Source: Octopus bimaculoides
Taxonomy: Eukaryota
DNA length: 64,000 nt
Reading direction: 5' to 3'
Assembly: GCF_001194135.2 (NCBI RefSeq)
Contig: NC_068981.1
Coordinates: 124,818,137 to 124,882,136 of the forward strand
The notes beneath the pieces are model-generated. The model was given only the letters and a program-made list of their open reading frames with translations, did no database searches and was not told the DNA's origin. Shown here in pieces: positions 53,367-64,000 of this stretch. The translations under genes were made by a program, and so were the position numbers. Positions within the stretch are counted from its first letter, which is position 1, and each line of letters starts with the position of its first letter.

Positions 53367-54284
53367 TTTACAACTTGTATGCAATAAAGTGGACACAGAC
53401 AGAGACTGAAATAGAAAAGAGGGGTAAGGGATAATTTCTCTTTGTGTGAGTTAAAAAAGATGAGGGAACTGATAAAATGGAAATAGAAAATAACTTCAGA
53501 GACAAATAGAAAATAGAAGCTTAAAAATAAATGTTCAGAGGCAAAGGTTTACTTAGTCTTGTTTGTAATTTTTTGTGCTTTTATTTTTGTTATTTTTACG
53601 TGTTTATTTTTGTTTCGTTTTACAACAAAAGAGTTTCAATGATGAAATGTGTTAATTTATGAAGGTAATTGTTTTTCTAATTAATACCTAAGACAGGGGA
53701 TCTATTTGCAAACAAAGGTGGGGTAAATATATAAACTAAAAAAAAAAGCAACAAAACAAAAGACAAACTTAAAAATAGCTAGCAGCTAAATAATTAAGAC
53801 CGTTAAATGAACAGCACAAAAGAAAAACAAACAGAAAAGTCCTCAGTACTTTTCGTTCAGTTTTGCCGGAAGACCATAAGAGTGACAGAAATAATTTCTA
53901 CTTGGGTTATACACAAAACTAAACAATTAGCGCCAATCTTGTTTCGTTTAAGTAATTTTCTTTCTTGGGGCTTTTTGTTCTTTTCTTGGTTTTGTTTTTT
54001 GTTCTACACACACAAACTGTGTGCTGACTGGACCACTTGGACAGCTATTGATTTATCCATTGAAGAAAATCTACTACAGTCCAACATACTAAACCCAAAT
54101 TTTATACTTAAAAGTGCATGAGTGCAGTAACTTTCCATTTTGTGTACAACTAAGCTGTGAATATTTATATTCACTTCGAATCCATTAAAAAAAGATTAAG
54201 ATAAGAAATAGGCTGATTATAGGTTTCAGTTTATTTCCAAACTGATCATGATGGGTTTAACAAAAATGCTAAAATAACTACAAG

Positions 54285-54440
54285 ACATGGCTGTGTGGTA
54301 AGAAACTTACTTCTCAACCACATGGTTCCAGGTCCAGTCCCACTGCGTGGGACATTGGGCAAGTCTTTCATCTATTATAGCCTCAGGCCAACCAAAGCCT
54401 TGTGAGTAAATTTGGCAGACAGAAACTGAAAGAAGACTGT

Positions 54441-54510
<70 letters not shown>

Positions 54511-54695
54511 TATGTTTGTCCCCATTTACATCCATTTACATCCTTATAACTTGGCAGTTCAGCAAAAGAGGCTAATAGAATAAGTACTAGGTTTACAAAG
54601 AATAAGTCCTAGGGTTGATTTTTACGACTAAAAACCTTTTAAGGCAGTGCTATGGCATGGCCACAGTCAAATGACAGAAACAAGTAACAGAATAA
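54285..54695 (+). mobile_element. SINE family A copy with expanded central (TG)n
   Basis: Colinear with the reverse complement of 47551-47941, with (TG)n at 54443-54508. Confidence 0.8.
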
Positions 54696-56089
54696 AATAT
54701 AGTTGTAACTTCAAAAAGCTAACTTTGCCACCACATGACTTCAAGTTCAGTCCCACTGTGTGGCACCTTGGGCAAGTGTCTTCTATTATAACCCAAGGTC
54801 AACCAATGTTTTATGAGTGAATTTGCATATGAGTGTCTGCGCATATGTCCTTGTCACCACTTGACAACTGGTGTTAGTTTTGGTTACACCTCCCCACCCA
54901 TTACATAGCACTTCAACAAAAGAGACTGATAAAATCAGCACCAGACTTTAAGAAAATAAGTTCTGGAGTTAATTTCTTTGACTAAATGAAATCTTGAGTG
55001 TAGGACAGTTAATTTGAATATGAACTCAATAACATGATTGGTTTTCAGGCAGATTGGTAAGAAGACACCAAAACTATGTCAGGAGGACTGGTATAAAATG
55101 TAACACTCACACACTCCCATGTACACCCCCTGACCTACTGACTTGCAGTACTATAACATTTTTACATTCAGTTCATAGCATTTGAACCTAATAACAGTAT
55201 ATAGGAAGCAACAAAGAAGCTTCTACATGGTCATCCCACCTGCCAGAAATAGCAGCCAAATCTCTCCAAAATACACCCTTCGATTTGTAAAAGGAGTAAT
55301 ACATTAGACAATGTAGTCCAAGATACTCCAGTAGCATGGCTTGTTGGAGAGAGCAGTCTGCTCCGGGTGACACTTTTATGGGAACAGCCTGCTGCAAAAA
55401 CCTGTACAGGCTTGGGGGCCCAAGTGGGACAAAAGCAAACCCAGGTGGCACACATAGTAACTACACCACAGAGATACTTCTAAGAAGACGTGATGGTCAT
55501 GATTGGAATGCCTTTAATAATAAGACTTTGCATTGTGTGGTATTTAGTATACTTTTATTTCTCTTTGTTGTCCAAATTCATACCACTTGGCACTCTGACA
55601 CCTTCGTCTTAGGTCATTTTTATTTTAATTATACAAATTACCTAAGACCATAAATGTTCAATTCGTTTCGTAAATATTCTAAAATTTGTGCCTAGTTGGA
55701 TTTAAGGCAGAACAACTGCTGAGCTGGTGATGCTTATTAAAGAAGAAATGTGTTCACATAAAAAAGAAAGTACCTGATGGCATGTCAATTCTGGAAAATT
55801 CTTGCTTATCACTCCATCACATTGGGAAGCAAACAATTACTAATAAGCATTTATTTTCTCTCTTTCTCTCTCTCTCTCTCTGTTTATCTGTATGTGTGTG
55901 TGCACACACACACAGATTCTCAAGTAAGGATGTTTTATTTCATATGTTTTCTAAGGCATGAAGCGAGCAGGTGATTTGTTGACAAGAGAAATGACAATGA
56001 CACATATACAGACTTATATGACAGGCTTCTTTCAGTTTCCGTCAACCAAATTCACTTTTGTGTGTGTGTGTGTGTGTGTGGCACGTAAA

Positions 56090-56325
56090 ATACACCATTT
56101 CAAGCGTGGCTATTGCCAGTACCTCCTGACTGGCCTTCGTGCCGGGTGGCACATAAAAGCACCCACTACACTCTTGGAATGGTTGGCGTTAGGAAGGGCA
56201 TCCAGCTGTAGAATCTTTGCCAAATCAGATTGGAGCCTGATGTAGCCATCTGGCTCACCAGTCCTCAGTCAAATCGTCCAACCCATGCTAGCATGGAAAG
56301 CGGACGTTAAACGATGATGATGATA
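56090..56325 (+). mobile_element. RTE-type 3' tail fragment, well preserved
   Basis: tggttggcgttaggaagggcatccagctgtagaa...ccaacccatgctagcatggaaagcggacgttaaacgatgatgatgat. Related copies lie at about 2312-2485(-), 17700-18060(-), 31905-32045(+) and 59700-59930(+). Confidence 0.75.
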
Positions 56326-56672
56326 TATGTGTGTATATATATACATATATATATGCATTTGATCTTTCTGATAGCAGTAAATTCAGGAATAAAAATGAAC
56401 AGATCAGCTTTCCAATATTCCAATATGGTCAGCAAAGATCAAATGCATATATAAGAGACAGACCTGAAACAAAGGCACATTACAATCAGTTGAGTAGTTA
56501 GCAGTAGAAGGGATATTTAATGTGAAACAAATCATTTGGTCTAATAATATGTATGCAAATATCTAAACTTTCAGATAGAGCTAACCTGGATAATAATGAA
56601 TAAATAAATTTTAAATGTTTCTCCACGCATGCATGCAGATGTGTCTAAACACACCATTCACAAGATATTTCA

Positions 56673-57212
56673 CTCTTTAGCATTCAGATTATTCTGTCAA
56701 ATATAATGCTTGTTTATTCACATTGTTTCAAATTAATTAAGCATTATCTTGTAACTTCAAGATTCTGATGATGAGATTGCTTATTTTTAGAACAGTGGTT
56801 CCCAAAGTGGGCAGTATTGTCCCCTCCCCCCTGGGGGCAGTGGAAAGTTCCAAGGGGGCATTGAAGTGGGATGATAATGGAGTACCAATTCATGTAAAAA
56901 GTGGGGCAATAATGGGGTAGCGATTCATGTAAAATCAACAAAATAGTGGGTTCATTAAATTAAATTTTATTTGTGAAATACAGTTGCTTTGAATTTGCTT
57001 CAGAAAGAGGTCCTATGTTTGTGATGGTTAGTTGGGGTGAGGGCACTAGGAATGTAGCCTAGGTGTCAAAGGGGCAGCAGCCCCAAAAAAAGTTGGGGAA
57101 CCACTGTTTTAGAATGACAGTAGGGTAGATGTAAAAGGTCAGATCTACCCAGTTTAAACATAAAACTGGTAGAATATTTGAGCGTGATATGGCTGGTTTA
57201 AATGCTAAAAGA
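56673..57212. mobile_element. piggyBac-type MITE interrupted by a hAT MITE
   Basis: The left half (ctctttagcattcagattattctgtc...ttttagaa) and right half (ttttagaatgacag...aatgctaaaagattaa) rejoin into the 220-bp consensus once 56793-57114 is removed. Confidence 0.8.
56793..57106. mobile_element. hAT-superfamily MITE (314 bp) with perfect 8-bp TSD
   Basis: TIRs CAGTGGTTCCC and GGGAACCACTG. TTTTAGAA is present at both 56785-56792 and 57107-57114. Confidence 0.92.
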
Positions 57213-58254
57213 TTAAAGTGTCTTTCCTTTCCCAGAAGTAATATATGTCAGCAGAAAACAGAAAGAAGCAAACTAAAAAGATAAAGGAATACAGGTAATT
57301 GTCTTGCAATGAATAAATTCATTCATTGTGTTGCATGCAGCATGTTACCTGCACAACAAAAGAAACTACTGTAGAAACATCCAAAAGCAGGTCAACCAAC
57401 AGCATATTTAAGGACAATGTATGACTTCAAATCTTTCAGTTATTGGAGTGGAAGCACGTAATGTTACACTAGCCTTCAAATATCTTCAAATGTTAATTTT
57501 ACACTTCTCAATGTCCACTCAAAGTCATGTCCTTTCTGATGACACAAATAACTTTACCATTTTGTTGAAAGATATTGTTTTATTGGAACTATGTTATTAA
57601 ATCAATGGAATTACATTTGAGTAGTCAGAGAGATGCTCACAGATATTTTGGATACTGATAATGACAAACTGGGACCATCTTCCCTGAAAAAAGCAGCATA
57701 TTTTAATTCATTATGTCAACTCTAAAATGTGTGAAATTGGTCAGTTAAGATGAATCGCATGCTGGAAAATGTTCAGCTGTCACCACATTTACCAAACAAT
57801 TTAGTGTCAACAAGATTAGTCTCATCAGAAAGCAAGAATATACTTAGGGGTATTAGTGGGAAATTTTCCAGAAACTTTTAATTTCGCTAATACACAATGT
57901 CAATTAGTCACCCATAATCATCTTCAGACAATATAAAGAACTATATACAAAGAGAAAAAGATTGGGAAAATATATAAAAAAAAAAAAACTAATAAAATCA
58001 ACCAAGGATTCTGGATTGACTGACATGCCAATTACTGATATGCCTTTATTTCTAGGGGAAAAAAAAACAAAAAAAAAAACAAAACTAAATGTTTGTATTC
58101 ACTACAAATAATCAACTTTATTTCAGACAATCTAATTCTCTGCATTTCTTGGCACCAATCAAATGGCTTCAGCTTTGTGTATTAAGAGTAATTAGTTTCT
58201 AAATAGCAAGAAGTTACTAGATTCAGTCTAATTTCCTAGTGTTTATGTATCATC

Positions 58255-58862
58255 ATCACCATCATCGTTTAACATCCACTTTCCATGCTGGCATGGGTTG
58301 GATGGTTTGATTGAGGACTGGCAAGCCAGGAGGCTGCAGCAGGCTCCAATCTGATCTGACAGGGTTTCTACAGCTGGATGCCTTTCCTAACACCAACCAC
58401 TAGGTGCTTTGTACATACCACCAACGGGGGAGGGGGGGTCAGGCAGCACTGGCATAGATCACACTTGAATGGTGCTTTTTACGTGCCACCGGAATGGGTG
58501 CCAGTCAGGTGGCACTGACACTGGCCACAACTACAATTTCACTTGACTCAATAGGTCTTCTCAAGCACAGCATATTGCCCAATCATTTAAAAGGGTACTT
58601 TTAAACAGGTTGGTTATGCGACACTGGCATCAACCACAATCTCACTTGGCTTGCTGAGTCTTCTCAAGTACAGCATATCTCTAAAGATCTCAGTCGCTTG
58701 TCATTGCCTCTGTGAGGCCCAACGTTCAAAAGCCATGCTTCACTACCTCATCTCATGTCTTCCTGAGTTTACCTCTTCCACAGGTTCCCTCCAGCTGTCG
58801 TCATTCATATGCAACATATGACCTTACCAGTGCAATCATCTCTCTTGCACACCACATCTGAT
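58255..58862 (-). mobile_element. RTE LINE 3' end (ORF2 C-terminus, 3' UTR and (GAT)n tail)
   Basis: Minus strand reads CVQER*LHW*GHMLHMNDDS..EGTCGRGKLRKT*DEVVKHGF*TLGLTEAMTSD, the RTE LRWxGHxxRM...GxxxRGRPRKTW pattern. The tail is taaacgatgatggtgatgatga. Confidence 0.8.
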
Positions 58863-59071
58863 GCTTCTTATGTCCAACTTTTCTGGTTTTTCTGTATTAA
58901 CAAACTCCATATTGTTTTTTTGTTTTTTTTACCGTAACTACAATACCTTCAAGCAACAGTAATCGTATTAATTTACTAAAACTATTCCCTATTACAAAAG
59001 ATAAACTATTAACTATAATAGGTTAAATTTTTTTTTTAAATCTATATTATGTAAATTAATTTGGTTACATT

Positions 59072-59114
<43 letters not shown>

Positions 59115-60339
59115 CATTAACCAACTGAATATATAACTAAAAAAAACCAAAGCAAATTAATCCATAATCTTGTTGACTCACAGATTGTAGTGCAAAGATT
59201 ATAATTCCATCAAGGACACTACGATAACCATGCATCCATGTGTTTGACACAAATTGATACTATGTGCAATAAAAGTACATTAATACCTTCACCATTAGTA
59301 ACTTATAGCTTAGAGTTCAAAGCTTCTTTCAAGTTTATAAAAGGCTACAGGAGACTAACTAATCCACTAAACCGAGTTTATTGGGAAGTTTGATTAAGTA
59401 CTTACTATTGCAGTATGTAAAAAAAAAAATGCTAACATTTCTTATCTTGGACACACTTCATATAAAGGATTAAAGAAAAGAAAGTGTTGTTTGGGTCAAA
59501 AAGACGAGAGATACCACTTGACAATTGGCCTCTAGCCCAAACAATAACTAGGGTTGTAGAGCTAGCTAGATTCAGAGAAGGAAGTAATTACTGGGTTGTC
59601 CAAATTGGTAAAAAGTATACAAACTCCAACTAAATGTAAAATAATGCATTAAAATATGTAATTTCACAGCTCCTAAAATCAAGGTGTTACGTAAAAAAGT
59701 ATTGGTATGGGTACTGGTGCCACAAAAAAATACAAAAGCACTAGTGCTGGTGCCACATAAAAAGCACCCAGTACATTCTGTGGAGTGGTTGGTGTTAGGA
59801 AGGGCATCCAGCCATAGAAACCAAGCCAAAACAGACAATGGAACTTGGTGTAGCTACTGGCCTTGCCAGTTCCTGTCAAGCCGTCCAATCCATGCCAGCA
59901 TGGAAAACAGACATTAAATGATGATGATGACATCTACTCATTTAACTTATTACACAGACTTGTTAACTTGAGATTACTCAAATCAGGATTTAGTTGATTT
60001 TCCCAAATCAATGTTGTTGATAAAGAGGATAATGTGATTTAAAACGAACAACAAATAAAGACACAAGCAGAAAAATTATGGAACTGATAAAGTTCCCTCT
60101 AAGGAAACAAACAACTTTCCAAGGAGTTAAAGCTGGACACCCTTATGCAATCATTTGATCTGTTGGTCAAATGGGGAACTATTACCTCACCTGTAAACAG
60201 CTGATAGTTGGCAACACAAAGGGTGTCTGGCCATAAAAAATTTGCCTCAATAAAATTCTGTCCAACTCATGCAAGCATGGTAAAGTGGATGTTAAACTAT
60301 TGATGATGATACACTTACCATTTTACTTTACATAGTAAA

Positions 60340-60662
60340 GACCCGCTTCAGTCATGAATGACCATGGGATTGCATCGAGAAAGTTCCCCTCTGAGGCACA
60401 AGTCCAGGCAAGGTTGTTTGTGGAAGACCAGCAGTTGCCCATGCATATCAGCCGCCCCTCTCCATGCCACTGATGTTATCCAAAGGAAGGGCAAAGGCTG
60501 ATACAGCTTGGCACCAGTGACGTCAGAGCTCATTTCTACAGCTGAGTGAACTGGTGCTATGTGAAATAAAGTGTCTTGCTCAAGAACACAACACACAGCC
60601 CAGTCGGGGAATCGAACTCACTACCTCATGATTGTGAGCCCAACGCTCTAACCACTGAGCCA
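60340..60662 (-). mobile_element. tRNA-derived SINE, family C (CORE-like centre)
   Basis: The minus-strand head tggctcagtggttagagcgttgggctcacaatcatgaggtagtgagttcgattcccc has A and B boxes, followed by tgtgttcttgagcaagacactttatttcac. Related copies lie at about 965-1195(+), 6385-6545(+), 11915-12110(-) and 15250-15530(-). Confidence 0.8.
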
Positions 60663-61305
60663 GCTTCTTTACATACACTCTGATTATATACATTATACAT
60701 GAGCAAAGGTATGTATAGCTAAACACACACACACACACAATATGTATGTAAATAAAAGAGTACAAAAAGAGACTGCTAAGAGAATGTTAAGACCCTTTTA
60801 ACAACATTCCAGTTCAGCTGTCATCCAACAATAAGTCTTGTCAAAATTCTAAAATATTCCAGAACACCAGTGGGAAAAAGAACCAAATTCTCTGGAGAGT
60901 AATTGTCATCAAATACATACACATCTGTCACAGGAGGTTTATTTAAACAATGTTAGCTCAATAGAAATATTTTAAAAATTAGTAAATAGCCTTAAACATT
61001 GCTGTAGGGAAAAATTTTGTATTTTAAATACGAATAGAAAGTGCATCAAAACAGATATTTTTGCTTTGTTACTTTCTGTAATGATAATGTAGATTGGAGA
61101 AATATGAAGATTCAGACAATGGAATAAGATTTTGATTATCATTTCTGTTAAATGAAATGCTGACTTATTAGGTTCACCTCTGACCACAAAAGTCTAATGT
61201 GGAGAGGTTATAATAGAACATTCACTGTATCAGTATACCTTATGGAATTGCTGTTGTCTAGCATCTCCTGCTTGCCTCAACATATTTATTTTATTTTCTT
61301 AGGTG

Positions 61306-61663
61306 AAAGCATGGCTGTGTTAAGAAGCTTGCTTCTCGACCACATGCTTCCACATTCAGTCTCACTGCATGGCACCTTGGGCTTAGTGTCTCTACTATGA
61401 CCTCAAGCCAACTGAAGCCTTGTGAGTGGATTTGGTAGACAGAAACTGAAAGAAGTCCATCGTGTGTATCTTTGTATCTGTCCTGGTCCACTGTCACTGT
61501 TTGACAACCGCTGCTGGGATGTTGATATTCCCATAACTCAGTAGTTAAAATAAGTACCAAGCTTAAAAAAAAAAGTACTGGGGTCGATTCATTCGACTAG
61601 GAATTCTACTAGGGGGTGCCCCAGCATGGCTGCAGTTAAATGACTAAAACAAGTAAAGGATAG
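61306..61663 (+). mobile_element. SINE family A copy
   Basis: gcatggctgtgttaagaagcttgc...gtgagtggatttggtagacagaaactgaaagaag...ccagcatggctgcagttaaatgactaaaacaagtaaagg. Confidence 0.75.
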
Positions 61664-63727
61664 TGTACTACAGACTATATTAACCAATACATCTTCCTTC
61701 TTTAAAACGGGCAATTCTTTGATGGTGATCTGGTCATTATTTCAATCAGTTCAAGCGATAGCATAGAAATTCATTTGCTTATGTCCAGTTTGACTTCAAA
61801 TAATGATTCTTGATCTAGTTAAAACATAAAAAAGACATTTTAGTGAGTGGGGGTCCTTTCCATAAAGAAAGCTCCATCACCATCACAATCAGACAGCAAA
61901 CAAATACATCCATTATTTTTAATTTTGTTGTTTTAGTGTTCAGGATTTGAGAATTGAGATTTCAAGTCCCTGAGCATAGTATTGATTTATTTCAGGAAAC
62001 AATTAGCTATTATATGAACAAGGCTTTTCAACTTAGTGTTAGCATACTTAATGTAGGGAGCAATAGAAATATAACCAGAAATACTTAGTGATTTGCTGAT
62101 GATGTCATAATTAGATTGAAACATGTCTGAAGTTGTCTCCTATAATTGCCTAAATAATTAAAGCAATATTAATGATTATTATAGTTTTTTTTTTCCTCAC
62201 CACATAATTACTTCCAGTTAATTTGCCATTCCCCCAGTATTAAATACATAAATGCTTACTTAGATATTGTCTTTTATACCAAGAACATGATCATGTTATT
62301 TTGATTTATGTATAATCTTATAAATGAGCATGGGTGGTATTTTTCTTCCAAGTGGAGCACAATTTTAACATTTGGATATTGTTGACTCATTGTTTAGAAC
62401 ACATATCTGTACAGATGGATACCATTCCTATTACTAGCTGCATAACAGTGAAATAGAAGTAGAATTTGTTGTCAACCAGGTAGACTGAGACACATACTGA
62501 GTGCTCTTTCCCAAAGAATATAATGATTTCTAACAAATGTGCAAGACCATAAATTCTGAGTGAAGTGGCCTTCAACACCAGTACTTGATGGTACTTATTG
62601 TCTCATCTATGAAAGGATAAACGGCGCAAAGTTGACCCAAATGAGATTTGAACTCACAGTATAAGCATTTTATCCATTGCTCTACTCTTGATACCATTCT
62701 ACCAATACAACATGGCTGTTGTTTCATTTGAAACCATATCTATGTAATCAATAGCTAATCACATTAACCTCAATTGTTTTAGCATGATTTGTGTATAATT
62801 ATTGTAGTTGTTGTTCTTGGCATCTCTAGCATTTATGTTGCATTTTGGTTCAGGAATCCTGGTTTAACTCGGGTGTATAAAAATGAGGCAATTATTAGAC
62901 AGTTATAAAAAAAAAGCCTAAAAATATCACATCATAAATAATGCCAATATATATGATTAAAAATTATACATGCAAAACAAAAGACAGAGACAAGTAAGGG
63001 AACAACAAATAAGGTGTATTAGTTTGACACTCAGGAAAAATGGAAGAAGTCTTTGACATTTCAAGCCTATGCTCTTCTACAGAAAGGATAGATGAAGAGA
63101 GAAAACAGATGGAGAAAGGAAACAAAAGGAGAGAAAAAAATATGTCTGGACTGTCCGGATTAACAGTTGACACACACACACACACACGTGCGCGACAGGC
63201 TTCTTTCAATTTTTGTTTGCCAAATCCACACAGAAAGCTTCAGTCAGCCCAGGGCTATAGTAGAAGACACTTGATCAAGGGCTGTACAATGGGACTGAAC
63301 TCAAGACCACATGGTTACAAAGCAAGCTTCTTAACCACAGAGTTAACTTATGCCTCAAGTGAACATGGGTCTGTTGCAATCAAAATATCATTTTGAATTT
63401 GTTACATACATCAAATTTACTGCAGTAAACTATGCATTCTTCATTTAGCCATTTGGATAGGCATATTAATATCTCTTTCATACAGCAGCAAGGAACAATA
63501 CCTATCTAAAATCAAACAATAATCATTAATTATTTACTTATAGAGAGTAAATGATTTCAATTAATTATAAAAATGGTAATTTAATGTATGAAATCCGGTG
63601 TACATAAGCCAGTAAATGATTGCTATTTTGATGTCAGACAAATTCAATTTCTGCTGCTTTTCAAGTTCAATGTACATGTCAAATATAAATGGATTGATAT
63701 ATGTTGTGAGTTCAACTTTATAATATA

Positions 63728-64000
63728 CTAGCAGAGATACCCGGCGTTGCCCGTGTTACATGCAATTGAAAAATGAGACTTTTCTGTTATATTTTCTGTA
63801 AGGAACTGGAATACATATGATTCGAATTTCATCAAAATTGCACATGAAGGTTTTTTCCCTCTTTACACACCCTAAAAAAATTCTAATCACGAGACATGTA
63901 TCCCATACTATTGATCTTTATGCGCATATTCCAAAATTTCAGTCTTCTGGAACCTGTAAAAAAGATTTTGCTCCTGCAAAATGGAGCTCATGGAGCTCTA
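63728..64000 (-). mobile_element. 3' terminus of a second, different Helitron; continues past the window edge
   Basis: The minus strand ends cacgg-gcaacg-ccggg-tatctctg-CTAG|T, a GC-rich hairpin followed by CTAG and a target T. CpG is retained. Confidence 0.7.

Noticed and set aside
60187-60232. Phase-1 exon candidate WPDTLCVANYQLFT(G)|gtgagg with the same W-to-G spacing as OSR1 exon 1
   Set aside because: The DYEL and EVI residues are not conserved, and it lies within a decayed copy of a repeat seen at 9820-9930, 48550-48720 and 51000-51120.

Overview
This is AT-rich, repeat-dense eukaryotic DNA with six N-gaps. The SINE, RTE, Penelope, MITE and microsatellite content suggests a coleoid cephalopod, probably Octopus (inference). 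The only host gene I can support is a minus-strand OSR1/SPAK (OXSR1/STK39-family) Ste20 kinase. Two coding exons are clear, 23764-23876 and 8687-8792, separated by an intron of about 15 kb; the first coding exon and the exons after 8687 were not found. The rest is intron or intergenic sequence. It carries at least three tRNA-derived SINE families, RTE LINE remnants, a Penelope GIY-YIG remnant with a minimal hammerhead ribozyme motif, two maT (DD37D) transposase remnants, two Helitrons, piggyBac-type and hAT-type MITEs, and tandem repeats. I found no convincing novel multi-gene system. The best second-look items are a 330-bp foldback next to a CpG-retaining segment and a gap, the Penelope tRNA-like/hammerhead module, splice-site oddities around the kinase exons, and nested transposons. 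Repeat boundaries are approximate unless TSDs or termini are quoted.
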